A stretch of 64,000 nt of DNA from Chiloscyllium plagiosum (lineage: Eukaryota), in the NCBI RefSeq assembly GCF_004010195.1, contig NC_057719.1:75073960-75137959 (forward strand), in the 5' to 3' direction. The notes under the pieces are model-generated. The model was given only the letters and a program-made list of their open reading frames with translations, had not been told where the DNA came from and searched no databases. Positions 39,716-52,639 of this stretch are shown piece after piece. The position numbers and the translations under genes were made by a program. Numbering within the stretch: position 1 is the first letter of the stretch; each line of letters begins with the position of its first letter.

Positions 39716-39978
39716 CTGGTTCTCCAAATATTTCTTAGGTTCTGTGCTGGTGACCCTCTACATGATGCAGTGTGCTGGTCTATAGACCTTTCACCTTGGG
39801 ATTGGGAATAATTGCTACTTCCTCTCTAGCCTCAGGACTGTTGAAATGAGCAACACATCTCCAGCTACACAGGCTCTGGGTCAAAAGACTGTAAGCAGAT
39901 TGGAAAATGGGTTTGCCATTCAGAGATAAAGTGCTAAGGCAGACTCGAGAAAAGGCAGAAGACGTACAAAAAGATTGG

Positions 39979-40182
39979 GTGAAAGTGAGGACTGCAGATG
40001 CTGGAGATTAGAGTTGATAGGGTGATGCTGGAAAAGCACGGCAGGTCAGGCAGCATCTGAGGAGCAGGAGAATCGATGTTTCGGGCAAAAGCGCTTCATC
40101 AGGAATCCCGAAACATCGATTCTCCTCCTCCTCGGATGCTACCTGACCTGCTGTGCTTTTCCAGCACCACACTATCGATAAA
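39979..40182. mobile_element. Fold-back PLE-terminal insert with an 11-bp TSD
   Basis: Inverted arms, flanked by aaaaagattgg (39968-39978, 40183-40193). Confidence 0.8.
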
Positions 40183-41640
40183 AAAAAGATTGGCCAACAT
40201 TCATCAGATCTGTGATCCATCAAAATATTTTGATCTAAAATGTTAAACTGTTGCTTTATTTTTCATTGAGGCAGTTTCGGTTTTTATTTCAGGGTTTCAG
40301 TTCTTTTGTTCCTTTATATCCATAATTCACTCGCTTTCTTACTGCGGAAAACCTTAGGGATGATTGGTATTTGAGGTTAAGGTTGACTTCTGAGATACTT
40401 TTACACTCTGAGTACATATTTGGATTGCAAATGTAGGAAAATATTATCTCCTCTTGTACAAACTTGAGCAAAAAGCTTAAATTTCCCACAGGCTTCCTTG
40501 CATATTCCATTTCCATCACAGTCACTTCAGTCGGAAAAAAAATCTTTCCAAATAATGTGAGGAGGATGATCTGCAATTTCAAACTATTACCAAAGATACA
40601 ACTGACGTCTTAGGTTCAGTGAACTGCAAGAGACAAGTTAAATACCAACTTCCCCTTCCTGCAAATTGTAAGTTTTAAACATTTCCAGGCATCAAGAATT
40701 ACAAAATATAGGCAGATGTCCCCTTGTAATGTAGTCCACATTCCTCCTGTACACAATACCTGGCAGAAGTCTAAATTGCAGGAGATATTTATTAAGCCAG
40801 CTTTTCTTCCTTTTGTTTAATTTTTTTTTAACTGCAAAAACTTTTAGCAGCAAAGATCCCTGTCTGGAAATCCAAGGGAGCTGAACAGTCAGGAGAGAAA
40901 GCTGATGGAACACTCGAAATCTTGATCACTTAGGAAAATAACAAAACAAAAATCTCATCAGCAAAGAAAAGTGCTGGATTCTGGGCTTTAGAGTAAATGC
41001 AGGCAAAACAAAAAGACCGAAAAGAAAAACATTGTAATTGCAGAGGGTTTCAGACTGAAAGCCCAAGAAATACTTCTTTAAGAGAAATGATGGGCTGCTG
41101 CAGTAGGGTATCTTGGGGATGGGAAGGAACATTACTCTTCCGCCAACTGTAGGGAATGTCAATTGTTTGCATTCAAACTTTTGGTGAATTTGTTACTAGT
41201 TTGACGCTGGACTGTAATTCTGCAATTTGAAGTCAGAACAATTGCCCTGGAGCGTACTTAAGAAGGCCCATGATGCAAAATGGTGGCAGAAGGTAAATAA
41301 TAAATGGTTCTGAAGCTCATTCAGGAGGGCATGGGACTCCTGCTGCATTTCAAGAGTGCCTGAAATATGAACCCAGGCATAACCTTTAATTGGATTTTGC
41401 TTCAGTTCGAAGAACATTCAAAATCTTGTGCATCCGTAGGCTAGGCTGAAGTCAGCCTCCATAAGAACCTTCTTTCCAAGATTTCCCTCTTCAGCCAATG
41501 CAAATCCATGAATACCATATACAGCGACACCCATTGTTGCATCTGACTGACCAGCTCATTTGGGTAAGTTCACCAGCAGTGCATTATTGGTCGTGAGGAA
41601 GGAGCCCCATGGTAGAGATTCACAAACCTCCAAGCCACCT

Positions 41641-42055
41641 GCAGACACAGACACAGACACACGCAGAGACACACACACACACGCACGTGCAGAGACACAC
41701 ACATGCACACGCAGGCACACACACATGCACACGCAGGCACACACACATGCACACGCAGGCACACACACGCACGTGCAGACATATACGCATGCTCAGACAC
41801 AGGCACAACCACATGCACAAGCGCATACTCACACAGACAAACACGGACACATAGGCACAATTTCACAGACACACACGGCGCAATCACGTGCACACACACA
41901 CAAATAAACACAGGTGTATACACAGTCAAACACATGAACACAGACACAGATGCAGATGCACATACAGGCATATACGGATACACACACAAACAGACACACG
42001 CACAGACATATACAGACACATACTGACACATGCACGGGCACATACACAGACACAC
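41641..42055 (+). repeat. Degenerate (CA)n-rich microsatellite
   Basis: Imperfect CA runs including three copies of cacacacatgcacacgcaggca. Confidence 0.92.
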
Positions 42056-42920
42056 TGCAGAATATGATGTGTGCTGACTAGATGTTTAGTACTTTGGCTA
42101 TTTGTCCATTCATGTTACATTGGTTTGTTTTATGTTTGACACTGTGATACCGTTTAATTGTCCCCCATGCTTTCCATTTTCCTTCAGTACCAGCGTTGCT
42201 GAGCCAACTACCAAGAAGACAATTGGACATGCTGTACCAGGCCTTTGCAATGCCATTCCAAGGCATCTGTTAGAAATTATTTAACAATAGGCCACTGAAA
42301 AGCTCAATGATGTGTTATCTCTGTCCTTGTGCTAACCGCAGTCTTTCTCCTCATAGATTGGTCAGGCTAAACTCATTGATAGCAGCCATGCCCGGTGCTT
42401 AGCTCCATATAAAAGCCATTCAGGGTGACTGGTGGGGCAGACGTTCAGAGCAGATTAACACAGAGATTCACTGCTGTCATACATAGATCAATCTGGCACA
42501 GTGTGACAGCAGCACACATCATTTAAGCAGCTTGTCAAATACCAACAAGATCCAATCTTTCCTCATTAATTTTCTAGTCTTTGCTTGGCATGTGCCCACC
42601 TTGGCTTTAATTTCACCCCTTGCTTTGTTTTTGATTTTAACAATGTTCACAAAAAACAACTTTTTTTTAAACTTGTCCTTTCTGATTTCACCAGCGCATT
42701 TTATTTTTCTTTCTATTATTCCAACTTGAAAAAAATACCGAAGCCTTCCAAGCTGTTTATTGGTTTCAAATAGACAGCTCCAGCCTCTGTCTTAAAGCCT
42801 TTCTTCAGAAAAAAAAGGACAAAATACTCCTCTTAAAGCCAACCTCAGTGATGAGGAGCTGAAGACATAGCGCAGAAGATAAGACTGAAGTATTTGAAAT
42901 CCATCTTCAGCCAGAAGAGA

Positions 42921-43217
42921 TGGCACGGTGGCTCAGTGGTTAGCACTGCTGCCTCATAGCGTCAGGGGCCGGGGTTCGATTCCAGCCTTGAGTGACTGCC
43001 TGTGTGAAATTTGTACATTCTCCCAATGACTGTGTGGATTTCCTTCCACAGTCCAAAGGTGTGCAAGTTAGATAGTTTGACCGTAGTTAGGTGGATCATG
43101 CATGGAAAATACAGGGTTACAGGGATGGTGTGGATCTGTGTGGGATGCTCTTTGGAGGGTCAGTGTGGATTCGATGGGCCAAATGGTCTGCTTGCACACT
43201 GGAAGGATTCTATGATT
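42921..43217 (+). mobile_element. HE1-like SINE nested in an old LINE
   Basis: ggcacggtggctcagtggttagcactgctgcctca...ggttcgattcc. Confidence 0.85.
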
Positions 43218-44430
43218 CATAAGTGGTAGAGTTGATGATCCATCCTGGCCTCATCTGCAGCTCCCCAGGACAACAGAGGCAGGTCTTCAATTGATATGAT
43301 TCTCAAGAAATGGCTGAAGGCACAGAATATTAAAATGCTACAGGCCCTGATATCATTCTGGCAATGGAACTGAAAGCTTGTGCCCCACAGCTCGCCGTGC
43401 AAAGCTGTTCCACTACAGCAGCAATGTTGGCATCTACCTGACAATTGCTTAAGCGCTTCCTGTGCGCTAAAAGCAGAGCAAATCAAACCCAGCCAGTTAC
43501 TGCCTTTCCAATCTACTCTTGATCATCAGCAAAATGGCAGAAGGAGTTGTTGACAGTACCGTCATCAATTGGCCATTTCAAAGGAGTGAGCTGCTCACTG
43601 GCGCTCAGTTTGCCTTTTGCTATGGCCACTCAGCCTCTGATCTAATTACAGTCATGGTCCAAAGATGGACAAAAGAGCTGAATTCCTGAGGTTAGGTGAG
43701 AGTGACAGCCCTTGACAGTTGACCGAGCATGGCATCAAAGAGCCCTCTCTAACTGGGATCAATAGGTATCAGGGGCAAGCTCTCCACTGGTCAGAGCCAT
43801 ACCAAGCATAAAGGAAGATGGTTGTGGCTGTTGAAGGTTGGTCAGAAGTAAGGTGTGGGATGGAATATTCACTCCTTGGCTGGATGAGTGCACCTCCAAG
43901 AACACTCAATACCATACAGGAAAGAAAAACAGCCCACTTGAACTCAATCTTCAATATCTGGTCCCATCATCACCGATGCACAGTAGCAGCAGTGCGTGCC
44001 ATCTGCAAGATGCACTCCCCAAGCTATAACAACAGCACCTCCTAAACCCATGATCTCCGGAAGGATGACAGCAGCAGATAGATGGGAACTTCACTATTGT
44101 ATATTCCACTCCCAATCTACATACCCTCCTGACCTGGAACCAATATGCCCACTAATTTGTTTTATCCGTGTGCGGACCTCCATGCATGGTGGTGACTTGG
44201 CAAACCAGAACATTAGGGCTGCGCACCTTCCAGGTAACAGAGCTTGGAACCGGGGCATCATTCCTTCACTGTTGATGGATCAACATTCTGGAACTCCCTA
44301 ACTGCAGGTGTCTCAACAACCCAAAGACTGCTGAGCATCAAGAAGGCAGCTCACCACCACCATCTCCAGCGCAATTAGAGATGGGCAATAAATACTGGCC
44401 TCGCCTGAGTTGTCCAAACCGCACGAAAAG
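43217..44430 (+). mobile_element. Old CR1/L2-group LINE fragment, probable partner of the second SINE family
   Basis: Decayed RT motifs (GPD, NPA.Y, QF.F) and a 3' tail shared with the SINE at 25445-25803. Minus-strand relatives at about 51560-52045 and 63465-64000. Confidence 0.65.
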
Positions 44431-46169
44431 AAATGTTCAGTTCCATATTCACAATTTGTAGATACTGAGTTTCTCATGTACAGCAATGCATTCTATGGAG
44501 CCAGCTTTTGAGAATGTTTTACACACAGCTCTGGGCAGACACTTGTGTTTCCTCAAATAACAAATGCTCACTGACTTCAGCAGTTCCATAAGTCATTCCT
44601 CACATCAATGTTGGTCACCCAAGCCCAGAAAGTGCAGGAGAACATGAAAGGGTTCAACCAGTTACCATGGTTTCAGTCGTAGACAGGTTTCTGAGAAAAT
44701 TATGCAGAAAGGAAAATTATTTTGTATGATTCTTCTTAAAAGAAAAGGAAATGGCTGAAATGACCATTTGGACTGGGGGACATGGGATTGTAACAGTACT
44801 GTTGACAAGGCAACAGTTTGAATAAGCACAAATCATGTATTGCATACAGGAATGAGTGGTAGCTTGAAAATTGCTGACAAGTGATGTATTTTGTTGAAGC
44901 TTTACATATTGCGTTTGTTAGCATAATTCACAAGAATACCACTGTAAAGGGGAAACAGCATTTAGGATGAGAGGAAAATGTTGATTGGTCTAGTATTTTT
45001 TATGAACTGCCCCAATGAGTACAAGTTTCAACAAAATGTGTTTTCTTCAGTAATACTGAAATTCTGTATTTATATACCTGTGACAGAGCTACAACAAGGT
45101 GTTATCTGCTAGAAATCTGCTTCATCTCACTTTATCCACTTGGGCTGGATCTGATAAGAATGATAGCTTCATAAGATTGTTATTCTCACCTGTACCAATT
45201 GCAGTTTTGTTGTTGTTGGCCATTTGAACAAATACAAGGCTGAAGACCTTCAACTTCAGATGGAAAACAAAATGTCCGTCACAATGTCCACACTGTAAGT
45301 AATCTAATCTAATCTAATTCACATTTTGAAATATGTCGGACCATTCATTATGAAAGCAAGTCAGTGGCCAGATTAGAAAACCAATCCATATTTATAAGAT
45401 TCCTATCTCAAGACTCCTTTATAGTCACTTTCTGGTCCTTAAAATTTCTTGAAGTTTGATTGTCTTCTTGACATAAATTATATTTCATTCCTGAACAGTG
45501 GCTTACACATCATTTTTGTTCATCATATGCATATATTTTGGGAATTTGTATATAGCAACAAACTGTCTGTAGAGTTTTGTCATGAAATTATATATCCTGG
45601 TGTTGAGATGACCTCAACTGACAATAGCATGTCAACCTTGTGATATATTTAGAACATATTGGAGTCTATTGCACTTACAATATATACAAAGTTAGTCATT
45701 GCTGATCAGTGTTTATTTTTCCATTTTCATTAGCTTTTTGTATGCTGGCAGGGTCACTATGGTAGGCAGCAATTGCAAGTTGAAACACAAGATGCGATAA
45801 TCAGTTATATTTATTGACCCATATATATCTTTCACTTTTGCATTGACACAAAATGATCTTGGCAACCAACAGCACATCAGTGACAGTATAGCCCATGATA
45901 ATATCAAATTCCCCGAAGCATTGAGCTATGAGTCCCTGTTTCGGAAACAGTTGTACAATAGAATGGGCTATGCAATTTGCCTGTAGTTTAAATGATTAGT
46001 GCAGGGCATTAGCAATGTTTACACAATATACATATGAAAAATAGACAACTCCCCATGTCATCAGATAATGTAGTTTGTAGATTGTCGTTTGGCTGTACAA
46101 AACTGCTGAAAAAAAACACATTGTTGCTGTTCTTTGATTTGAATATGTTTAACCCTTCTGCATTTTCTG

Positions 46170-46360
46170 ACAAATCTGGGAGTTTGGGGAGTCCATAACT
46201 CCCCCTGTTGCTATCTCCATGGCAATGCCTTGACCAATCAGAGCCAACTTCCCACCCAATCAGGACGCTTGCAATATAAATTGTGATTGTTTGAAATTTG
46301 GCATTCTTGTTTGTCCTGATGATCAGAAGATAGAAAAGTTTCACCAAGACATGTCTCTTT
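46170..46360 (+). mobile_element. Old PLE-like terminal repeat with CCAAT/TATA-like boxes and a decayed hammerhead motif
   Basis: Two ccaatcag, tataaa, then gtcCTGATGA...GAAAagtttc at 46313-46342. Confidence 0.45.
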
Positions 46361-46558
46361 TTTAAAACGATAATCAAGTTTCTGAGGGGAATATGGAACA
46401 CCAGATTTTGCTGGAGCAGAGCCCCTAATATCAGCTACTGTTAGTTCGACTTCCTTTGCGTATTGAATTTTTAAATATTTTGTTTGATGAGTTTCTGAAA
46501 ATGGGAGCTGGTGGCTTTGCAATGAGGGAACAGGACTCCAGGGACTGGAATGAATATG

Positions 46559-46757
46559 AATCAAGATTAGCGTGGTGCTGGAAAAGCACAGCAGGTCAGG
46601 CAGCATCTGAGCAGCAGGAAAATATATGCTTTGGGCAAAATCCCTTCTGGGAACATTGATTTTCTTGCTCCTCGGATGCTGCATGACCTGCTGTGCTTTT
46701 CCAGCACCACTCTAATCTTGACTCTGAACTCCAGTATCTGCCGTCCTCACTTTCACC
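46559..46757. mobile_element. Fold-back PLE-terminal insert with a 12-bp TSD
   Basis: Inverted arms, flanked by ggaatgaatatg (46547-46558, 46758-46769). Confidence 0.82.
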
Positions 46758-46994
46758 GGAATGAATATGGCAAGTAACTGTATAATTCTTTACCAATCTA
46801 ACAACCAGTATGCAGACTGAAAAATAGATCTGTAAAGGGCAATTCAAAATCATATCAGGTACAGGAAGGGGGACACAAGAGAAGGAAAGTAATATTAGAG
46901 GAAAAAGAAAGAATTGTATTTACTTCATGATTTTCATAGCCACCAGGCATTTCATTTTTATTTTACAACCATCTTTTTGCTGTTTTATGTGCAT

Positions 46995-47478
46995 ACAGAA
47001 TCAAGGAGCTGTACAGCGTGGATAAAGTCCCTTTGGGTCCAGCTCGCCAATGCTGACCAGATATCCGAAATCAATCTGGTCCTACTTGCCAGCACTTGGC
47101 CCATATCCCTCTAACCCCACCCCCAGCCCATTCATATACCCATCCAGATGCCTTTGAAATGTTGTAATTGTATCAGCCCCCACCACTTCCTCTGGCAGCT
47201 CATTCCACACACGCACCGCCCTCTGCGTGAAAAGGTGGCCTCTTAGGTCCCTTTTATATCTTTCTCCTCTCACCTTAAACCTATGCCTTCTAGTTATTCC
47301 CTACCCTGGGGAAAAGATCTTTATTATGTTCCCTATCCATGCCCCTCATGAATTTAAACCTCTATAAGGTCACCCCTCAGCCTCCGATGCTGCAGGGAAG
47401 ACAGCCCCAGCCTATTCAGCCTCTCCCTATAGCTCAAATCCTCCAAGCCCAGCAACATCCTTGTAGATCTTTTCTCCA
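46995..47478 (-). mobile_element. CR1 3' fragment
   Basis: RGERYKRDLRGHLFTQRAVRVWNELPEEVV. Confidence 0.88.
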
Positions 47479-48117
47479 CAAATGGTAAAGTAACTTGAGG
47501 CAGGTAATCAATTTATGTACAGCTAACTCCCACAGAGCTTGAGTGTGATAGATTACCAAATTAGTTGACTGCGCTGTGAATTGAGGGGGTAATATTGGTC
47601 AGGACACCTAAGGTAATTCTGTTTACTGCACTGGAGTGTCAGGCTTGATTTTTGAGCTTAAGATTTGGGATGGGACATGAATCTGAAACCTTGCAATATA
47701 GAGTTCAGAGTGCTACCAATTGAATAATGACTGACACATACCTGAGGGCGAGAGGGAGATAGAAAGTTTTAGTTTCAGTTTTAAATTTACAATTTTTAAA
47801 AAGCCTTTAACAATGGTCAAAACCTAAAGGAATGAGATTTCACATGTGTAGTTTTATTTTCAGTGCCAGAGAGGTCGATTTTCACTAATTGAATTTTCTA
47901 ACATTCTTTACAGTGTACTTAAGTATTTGAAATTATGGATCTTAACCTTCTATGCTGACATTATCTACCTCCCAAGTACGGAGACACAACATCATTCAGT
48001 GTGTTTCACTCATGAGGTAGCAAGCAAGAAGTCATTTGTGTAAAACTTAAGAGAAGAGTAAATAGACGCTTGCAAAAAAAGTTTGTATCATCACCTTCAT
48101 TTGTGCATGTGCTTCGT

Positions 48118-49382
48118 GATCTATATGGACTTCAGTAAGGCGTTTGACAAGGTTCCTCATGGGAGACTGATTAGCAAGGTTAGATCTCATGGAATACAGG
48201 GAGCACTAGTCGTTTGGATACAGAACTGGCTCAAAGGTAGAAGATAGAGGGTGGTGGTGGAGGGTTGTTTTTCAGACTGGAGGCCTGTGACTAGTGGAGT
48301 GCCACAAGGATCAGTGCTGGGTCCCCTACTTTTTGTCATTTATATAAATGATTTGGATGCGAGCATAAGATGTATAGTTAGTAAGTTTGCAGATGACACC
48401 AAAATTGGAGGTGTAGTGGACAGCGAAGAGGGTTACCTCAGATTACAACAGGGTCTGGACCAGATGGACCAATGGGCTGAGAAGTGGCAGATGGAGTTTA
48501 ATTCAGATAAATGCGAGGTGTTGCATTTTGGGAAAGTAAACCTTTGCAGGGCTTATATACATAATGGTGAAAATGTGTTGCTGGAAAAGCGCAGCAGGTC
48601 AGGCAGCATCCAGGGAACAGGAGAATCGACGTTTTGGGCAGAAGCCCTTCTTCTGGAAACCTTCCATAAGCCCTTCTTCAGGAAACCTTTCGGGCATAAG
48701 CCCTTCCTGAAGAAGGGCTTATGCCCGAAACGTCGATTCTCCTGTTCCCTGGATGCTGCCTGACCTGCTGCGCTTTTCCAGCAATACATTTTCACCTCCG
48801 TGACTGAAGCATCTGCAGACCTCACTTTCTCCTTATATACATAATGGTAAGGTCCAAGGGAGTGTTGCTGAACAAAGAGGCCTTGGAGTTTAGGTTCATT
48901 GTTCCTTGAAAGTGAAGTCGCAGGTAGATAGGATAGTGAAGGAGGCATTTGATATGCTTTCCTTTATTGGCCAGAGTATTGAGTACAGGAGTTGGGAAGT
49001 CATGTTGCGGCTATGCAGGACATTGGTTAGGCCACTATTGGAATATTGCATGCAATTCTGGTCTCCTTCCTATCGGAAAGATGTTGTGAAACTTGAAAGG
49101 GTTCAGAAAAGATTGACAAGGATGTTGCCACTTCATGCCATTCCCCTACCACTTTCTATCATGGTGCACAGTCTTCCATTTCAAAGAACTGTCAAATTCG
49201 TGGTGGAGGCTGGTATAATTGCAACATTTAAGAAGCATTTGGATGGGTATATGAATAGGAAGGGTTTGGGGGGATATGGGCCGGGTGCTGGCAGGTGGGA
49301 CTAGATTGGGTTGGGATATCTGGTCGGCATGGACGGGTTGGACCGAAGGGTCTGTTTCCGTGCTGTACATCTCTATGACTCT
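48118..49382 (+). mobile_element. Young CR1 RT/3' fragment with a nested PLE fold-back
   Basis: YMDFSKAFDKVPH, SGVPQGSVLGPLLFVIYINDL, SKFADDTK and LEYC.QFWSP. Interrupted at 48569-48831. Confidence 0.93.
48569..48831. mobile_element. Young fold-back PLE-terminal insert with a 17-bp TSD and an intact hammerhead core
   Basis: TSD cttatatacataatggt (48552-48568, 48832-48848). Inverted arms of about 85 bp. CTGAAGA-A-GGGC-ttat-GCCC-GAAA-CG-TC at 48707-48734. Confidence 0.88.
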
Positions 49383-49779
49383 TAGCTGCAGTTCTTCTTC
49401 TATTTGTAGAGGAACTACAGCAGCATGTCCTGTTAGCCTCCGTGTTATGTCGAAAGGAAAATCTGACCGAATAATCTCAGGTGGAGAAAGGTTCAATCTT
49501 GCATTTTGGCTGAAAGCTACATCATGTACCGTTGGCAGTGCTCACAATATATTTAGCCATTCAGAGACATCAGGTGACTGTCAGATTTTCATATGAGCTT
49601 GTAGTCAGTTTTAATCTCTAGTCATGGATCTGCTCACTTCAGTGAGTGGAATTAATCTTACAGAAGCATGCTTGAGACAGTGTTCAGCTGTGAGAGTGCA
49701 GCCAATAGCCCATAGTTGCTTTCTCCATGATTAGCTGCCCTCAGAAGGACCAAAAGGCCAAATTGCCCATTTCTCACAA

Positions 49780-50330
49780 CATTAACTTTTATTAATGTGG
49801 CACCTTCTTTATTGTAAGATGCACTGGAGCTTAATCAGATAAAAATTAATGACAGGCCTGAAGGGCCAACACAAGAGATGATCAAAAACTTGGTTGAAGC
49901 AGTAGCTTTTAAAGTTACTTAACGAAGGGGAAGACAGGGAGATTTAGGGAGCAGATTCCTGAATGTTACTCCCAAGTAGCTGAAGGTTGGTATAACAAGG
50001 GAAATGATAAATGCAGAGTTAGAGGAGCACAAAGATCTTGGGACGTTGTATGCGTTGAAGGAAGCTACAGAGATGGTGTGTAGTGAGGGCATGGAGGGAT
50101 TTGAAAACAATGGTGAGAATTTACATTGAGCTGTTGCCAGGTCAGATGTCAGCATAGGTTATTGAACCCGTGGGAGGGTTGAATGGAGCTTGTAACCACT
50201 AAGGACAAGGACAGCAGAAACTAGGGTGAACTGAACTTTATGCAGGGTGGAAGGGTGCATCAGCCAGGAGAGCTTTGGAATAATGGAATCCTGCAGGAAC
50301 AGAAACTTGCATGAGCAGAGGCAGGGCACT
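49780..50330 (-). mobile_element. Old L2 LINE 3' fragment
   Basis: Degenerate L2-like text (tttagggagcagattcc...agtagctgaagg). A similar remnant lies at about 56620-57010. Confidence 0.5.
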
Positions 50331-52639
50331 GTTTACTCAAGGTGAGGGGGTTACTTCCAGCAACACAATGCCACCAATGTGGGTGCTTGTAGTCCAATGA
50401 CAGGCCAAACATCCTGACAGTAAACCCATCTCATGAATGATGGACTCTCAGCACATGCTGGAGACCAGCATTAATATATTAGTACCCATTTACTGTGACT
50501 TCCATCCCAAACAAATTCATACATTGTCCAGTTCTCCCTTCCAGAAGGATTCACTTTATGTGAGATTGGCCACTTTAGACTGTTAAACCTTAAAGATATG
50601 TGTAGTTGATTTCACGGAAGCAAGGGTTGAAAGCCCGGCTCAAAAATGGCCTCATTTAAATCTTGGTGAGAATTTGTATATCTGTGTACAACTGTGCGTC
50701 TGTATATTAATGTGTGTACATGTGACTGTGAGTGTCTATACGTGAGAGACTGCATATGTTTGTGAAACTATATGTGTGTCTGTGTGTGTGTGTGCGTGCA
50801 CGCGCCAATGCACTGCTGCTAATTCACAAATAATAGCCAGTAAATCTGAGGTCTTGACAATCCAATGGCTTCCCTTATGGACAGCTAAATAAAAAAGCCA
50901 TTTTTGGGAAATCTTCTCTGTTTGTAGAATGGTTACAGCACAAAATGAGTCTGTAACAAGCATTTCTTACCTGTGTAAATCAATTCTCCTCTGCAAATAA
51001 TGATCCAATTCCATTTTAGAAGTTACAATGGAATCTGCTTCCACCACACTCTCAGGCAGTGTTTTCCAGTTCGCTGTGACTTGCTGGAACAAAGGCTTTT
51101 CCTTAAGTGATCTTGGTTTGTTTTGCATTAAATCAGTGTCCTCTGGTTTTTGGTGTCCTATCAACGGGGACAATTTCTTTGTTATTTATTCAAGAGATTT
51201 AGGAGTCTGTGCCACAGCCAACTTTTACTGCCAATCTCTTTAGAACAGTTCAGAGTCACATGTAGGCCAGACCACCTTAAGGATGGCAGATTTCCTTCCT
51301 TAAAGGACATTATTGACACGGATAAGTTTCTGTGACAATCGATGATAGCCAGTGTCGTAGTAAACTTGAAAGTAACTTTCAATTCCAGGTTAGAAAAATG
51401 TTTCATTTAAATTTTACAATCTGCCATGATTAAATTCTTATCTGTAGCCTCAGAAAACTAGCAAGTGTCTCTGAATTACTAATCTACTTCACCACCAGCT
51501 GCCAGTTTCTCTCTCGTGATTCTATCTAAACTCCGGATGGTTTTGAACATTTCAACCTTTTTTCATTCACTTGTGGCATGTGGGCTTGGCTGGTTGGCCA
51601 GCACCTATTGGCTGTCTCTAGGTGCCCTTGAGAAAGTGACAGAGAGCTGCCTTCTTGAACCACTTCCGTCCACTTGCTGTGAACCGTGATGCCATTAGGG
51701 AGGACATTCCAGGATTTTGACCCAGCGACAGTGCAGGAACAGTGACATATTTCCACATCAGGATGATGAGTGGCTCGGAGGGGAACTTGCAAAAAACTCA
51801 TGCAAAAAATGTTTGAATCATCACCTTTATTTGTGCACTTGCTTCTTACCTGCAATTACATGGGTGTTCCCATGTATCGGCTGCCCTTGTCCTTCTAGGT
51901 GGAAGAGGTCATGGGATTGGAAGTGCTGCCTGAGGATCTTTGACGAATCTCTGTTGAGCATCTTGTAGATAGTACACATTGCTGCTATTGAGTGTCAGGG
52001 TGGAGGGAGTGGACGCTTGTGAAAGTGGTGCCAATCAAGCGGGCAGAGGGCACTCAGATGCCTTCGGGAAAATGAGGCAATATGTCATGGATTATTTGTT
52101 CCTGTTTTACCTGCATGCCTGGCTTGTGCCTGCATTAGGTAAAGATATTCCTTTAGCTATTCAAAGAAGGACAGTGGTTTCTCTCAGACTTGACCAAGAT
52201 TCGTCCCTCAGCCAATCCACCAAAACAGATTAGCTGGTCATTTACCTCCTTGCTAAGACCAAATTGGTACCTGTATTTCCCTCCGTCACTGAAATGCCTG
52301 CAATTCAAAATTAATTCATTGACTGTCGGTGCTTTGGGTGCAAACCCAAGGATGCTAAAACCCTGATATAAATTCATTCCCTTCTTCTGTTCGTTAAAAC
52401 ATCCTATTTTGCAGGGTATTCACCTCAACCATCTCCAATCCCAGATTTTAAGATTAAGCAATGGCTTCCAGTACCTGGAACCTTCATTTTGACAAGTTGC
52501 TGGCATCAGGAATTATTCCTCCCTGTTAAATGGCAAATAGCCTGATAAAGCCCAAACAAAACCAGAAAAAGAGAGCCAGAGAGAAAAAGAATTGGACAGT
52601 AAAAGGAGTGTGGCTAATGGTCAGCCAGGATAATGAATG

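Noticed and set aside
37077..42055. Cys/Val- and His/Thr-rich ORFs at about 37.1-37.8 kb and 41.6-42.1 kb
   Set aside because: These are translations of CA/TG microsatellites.
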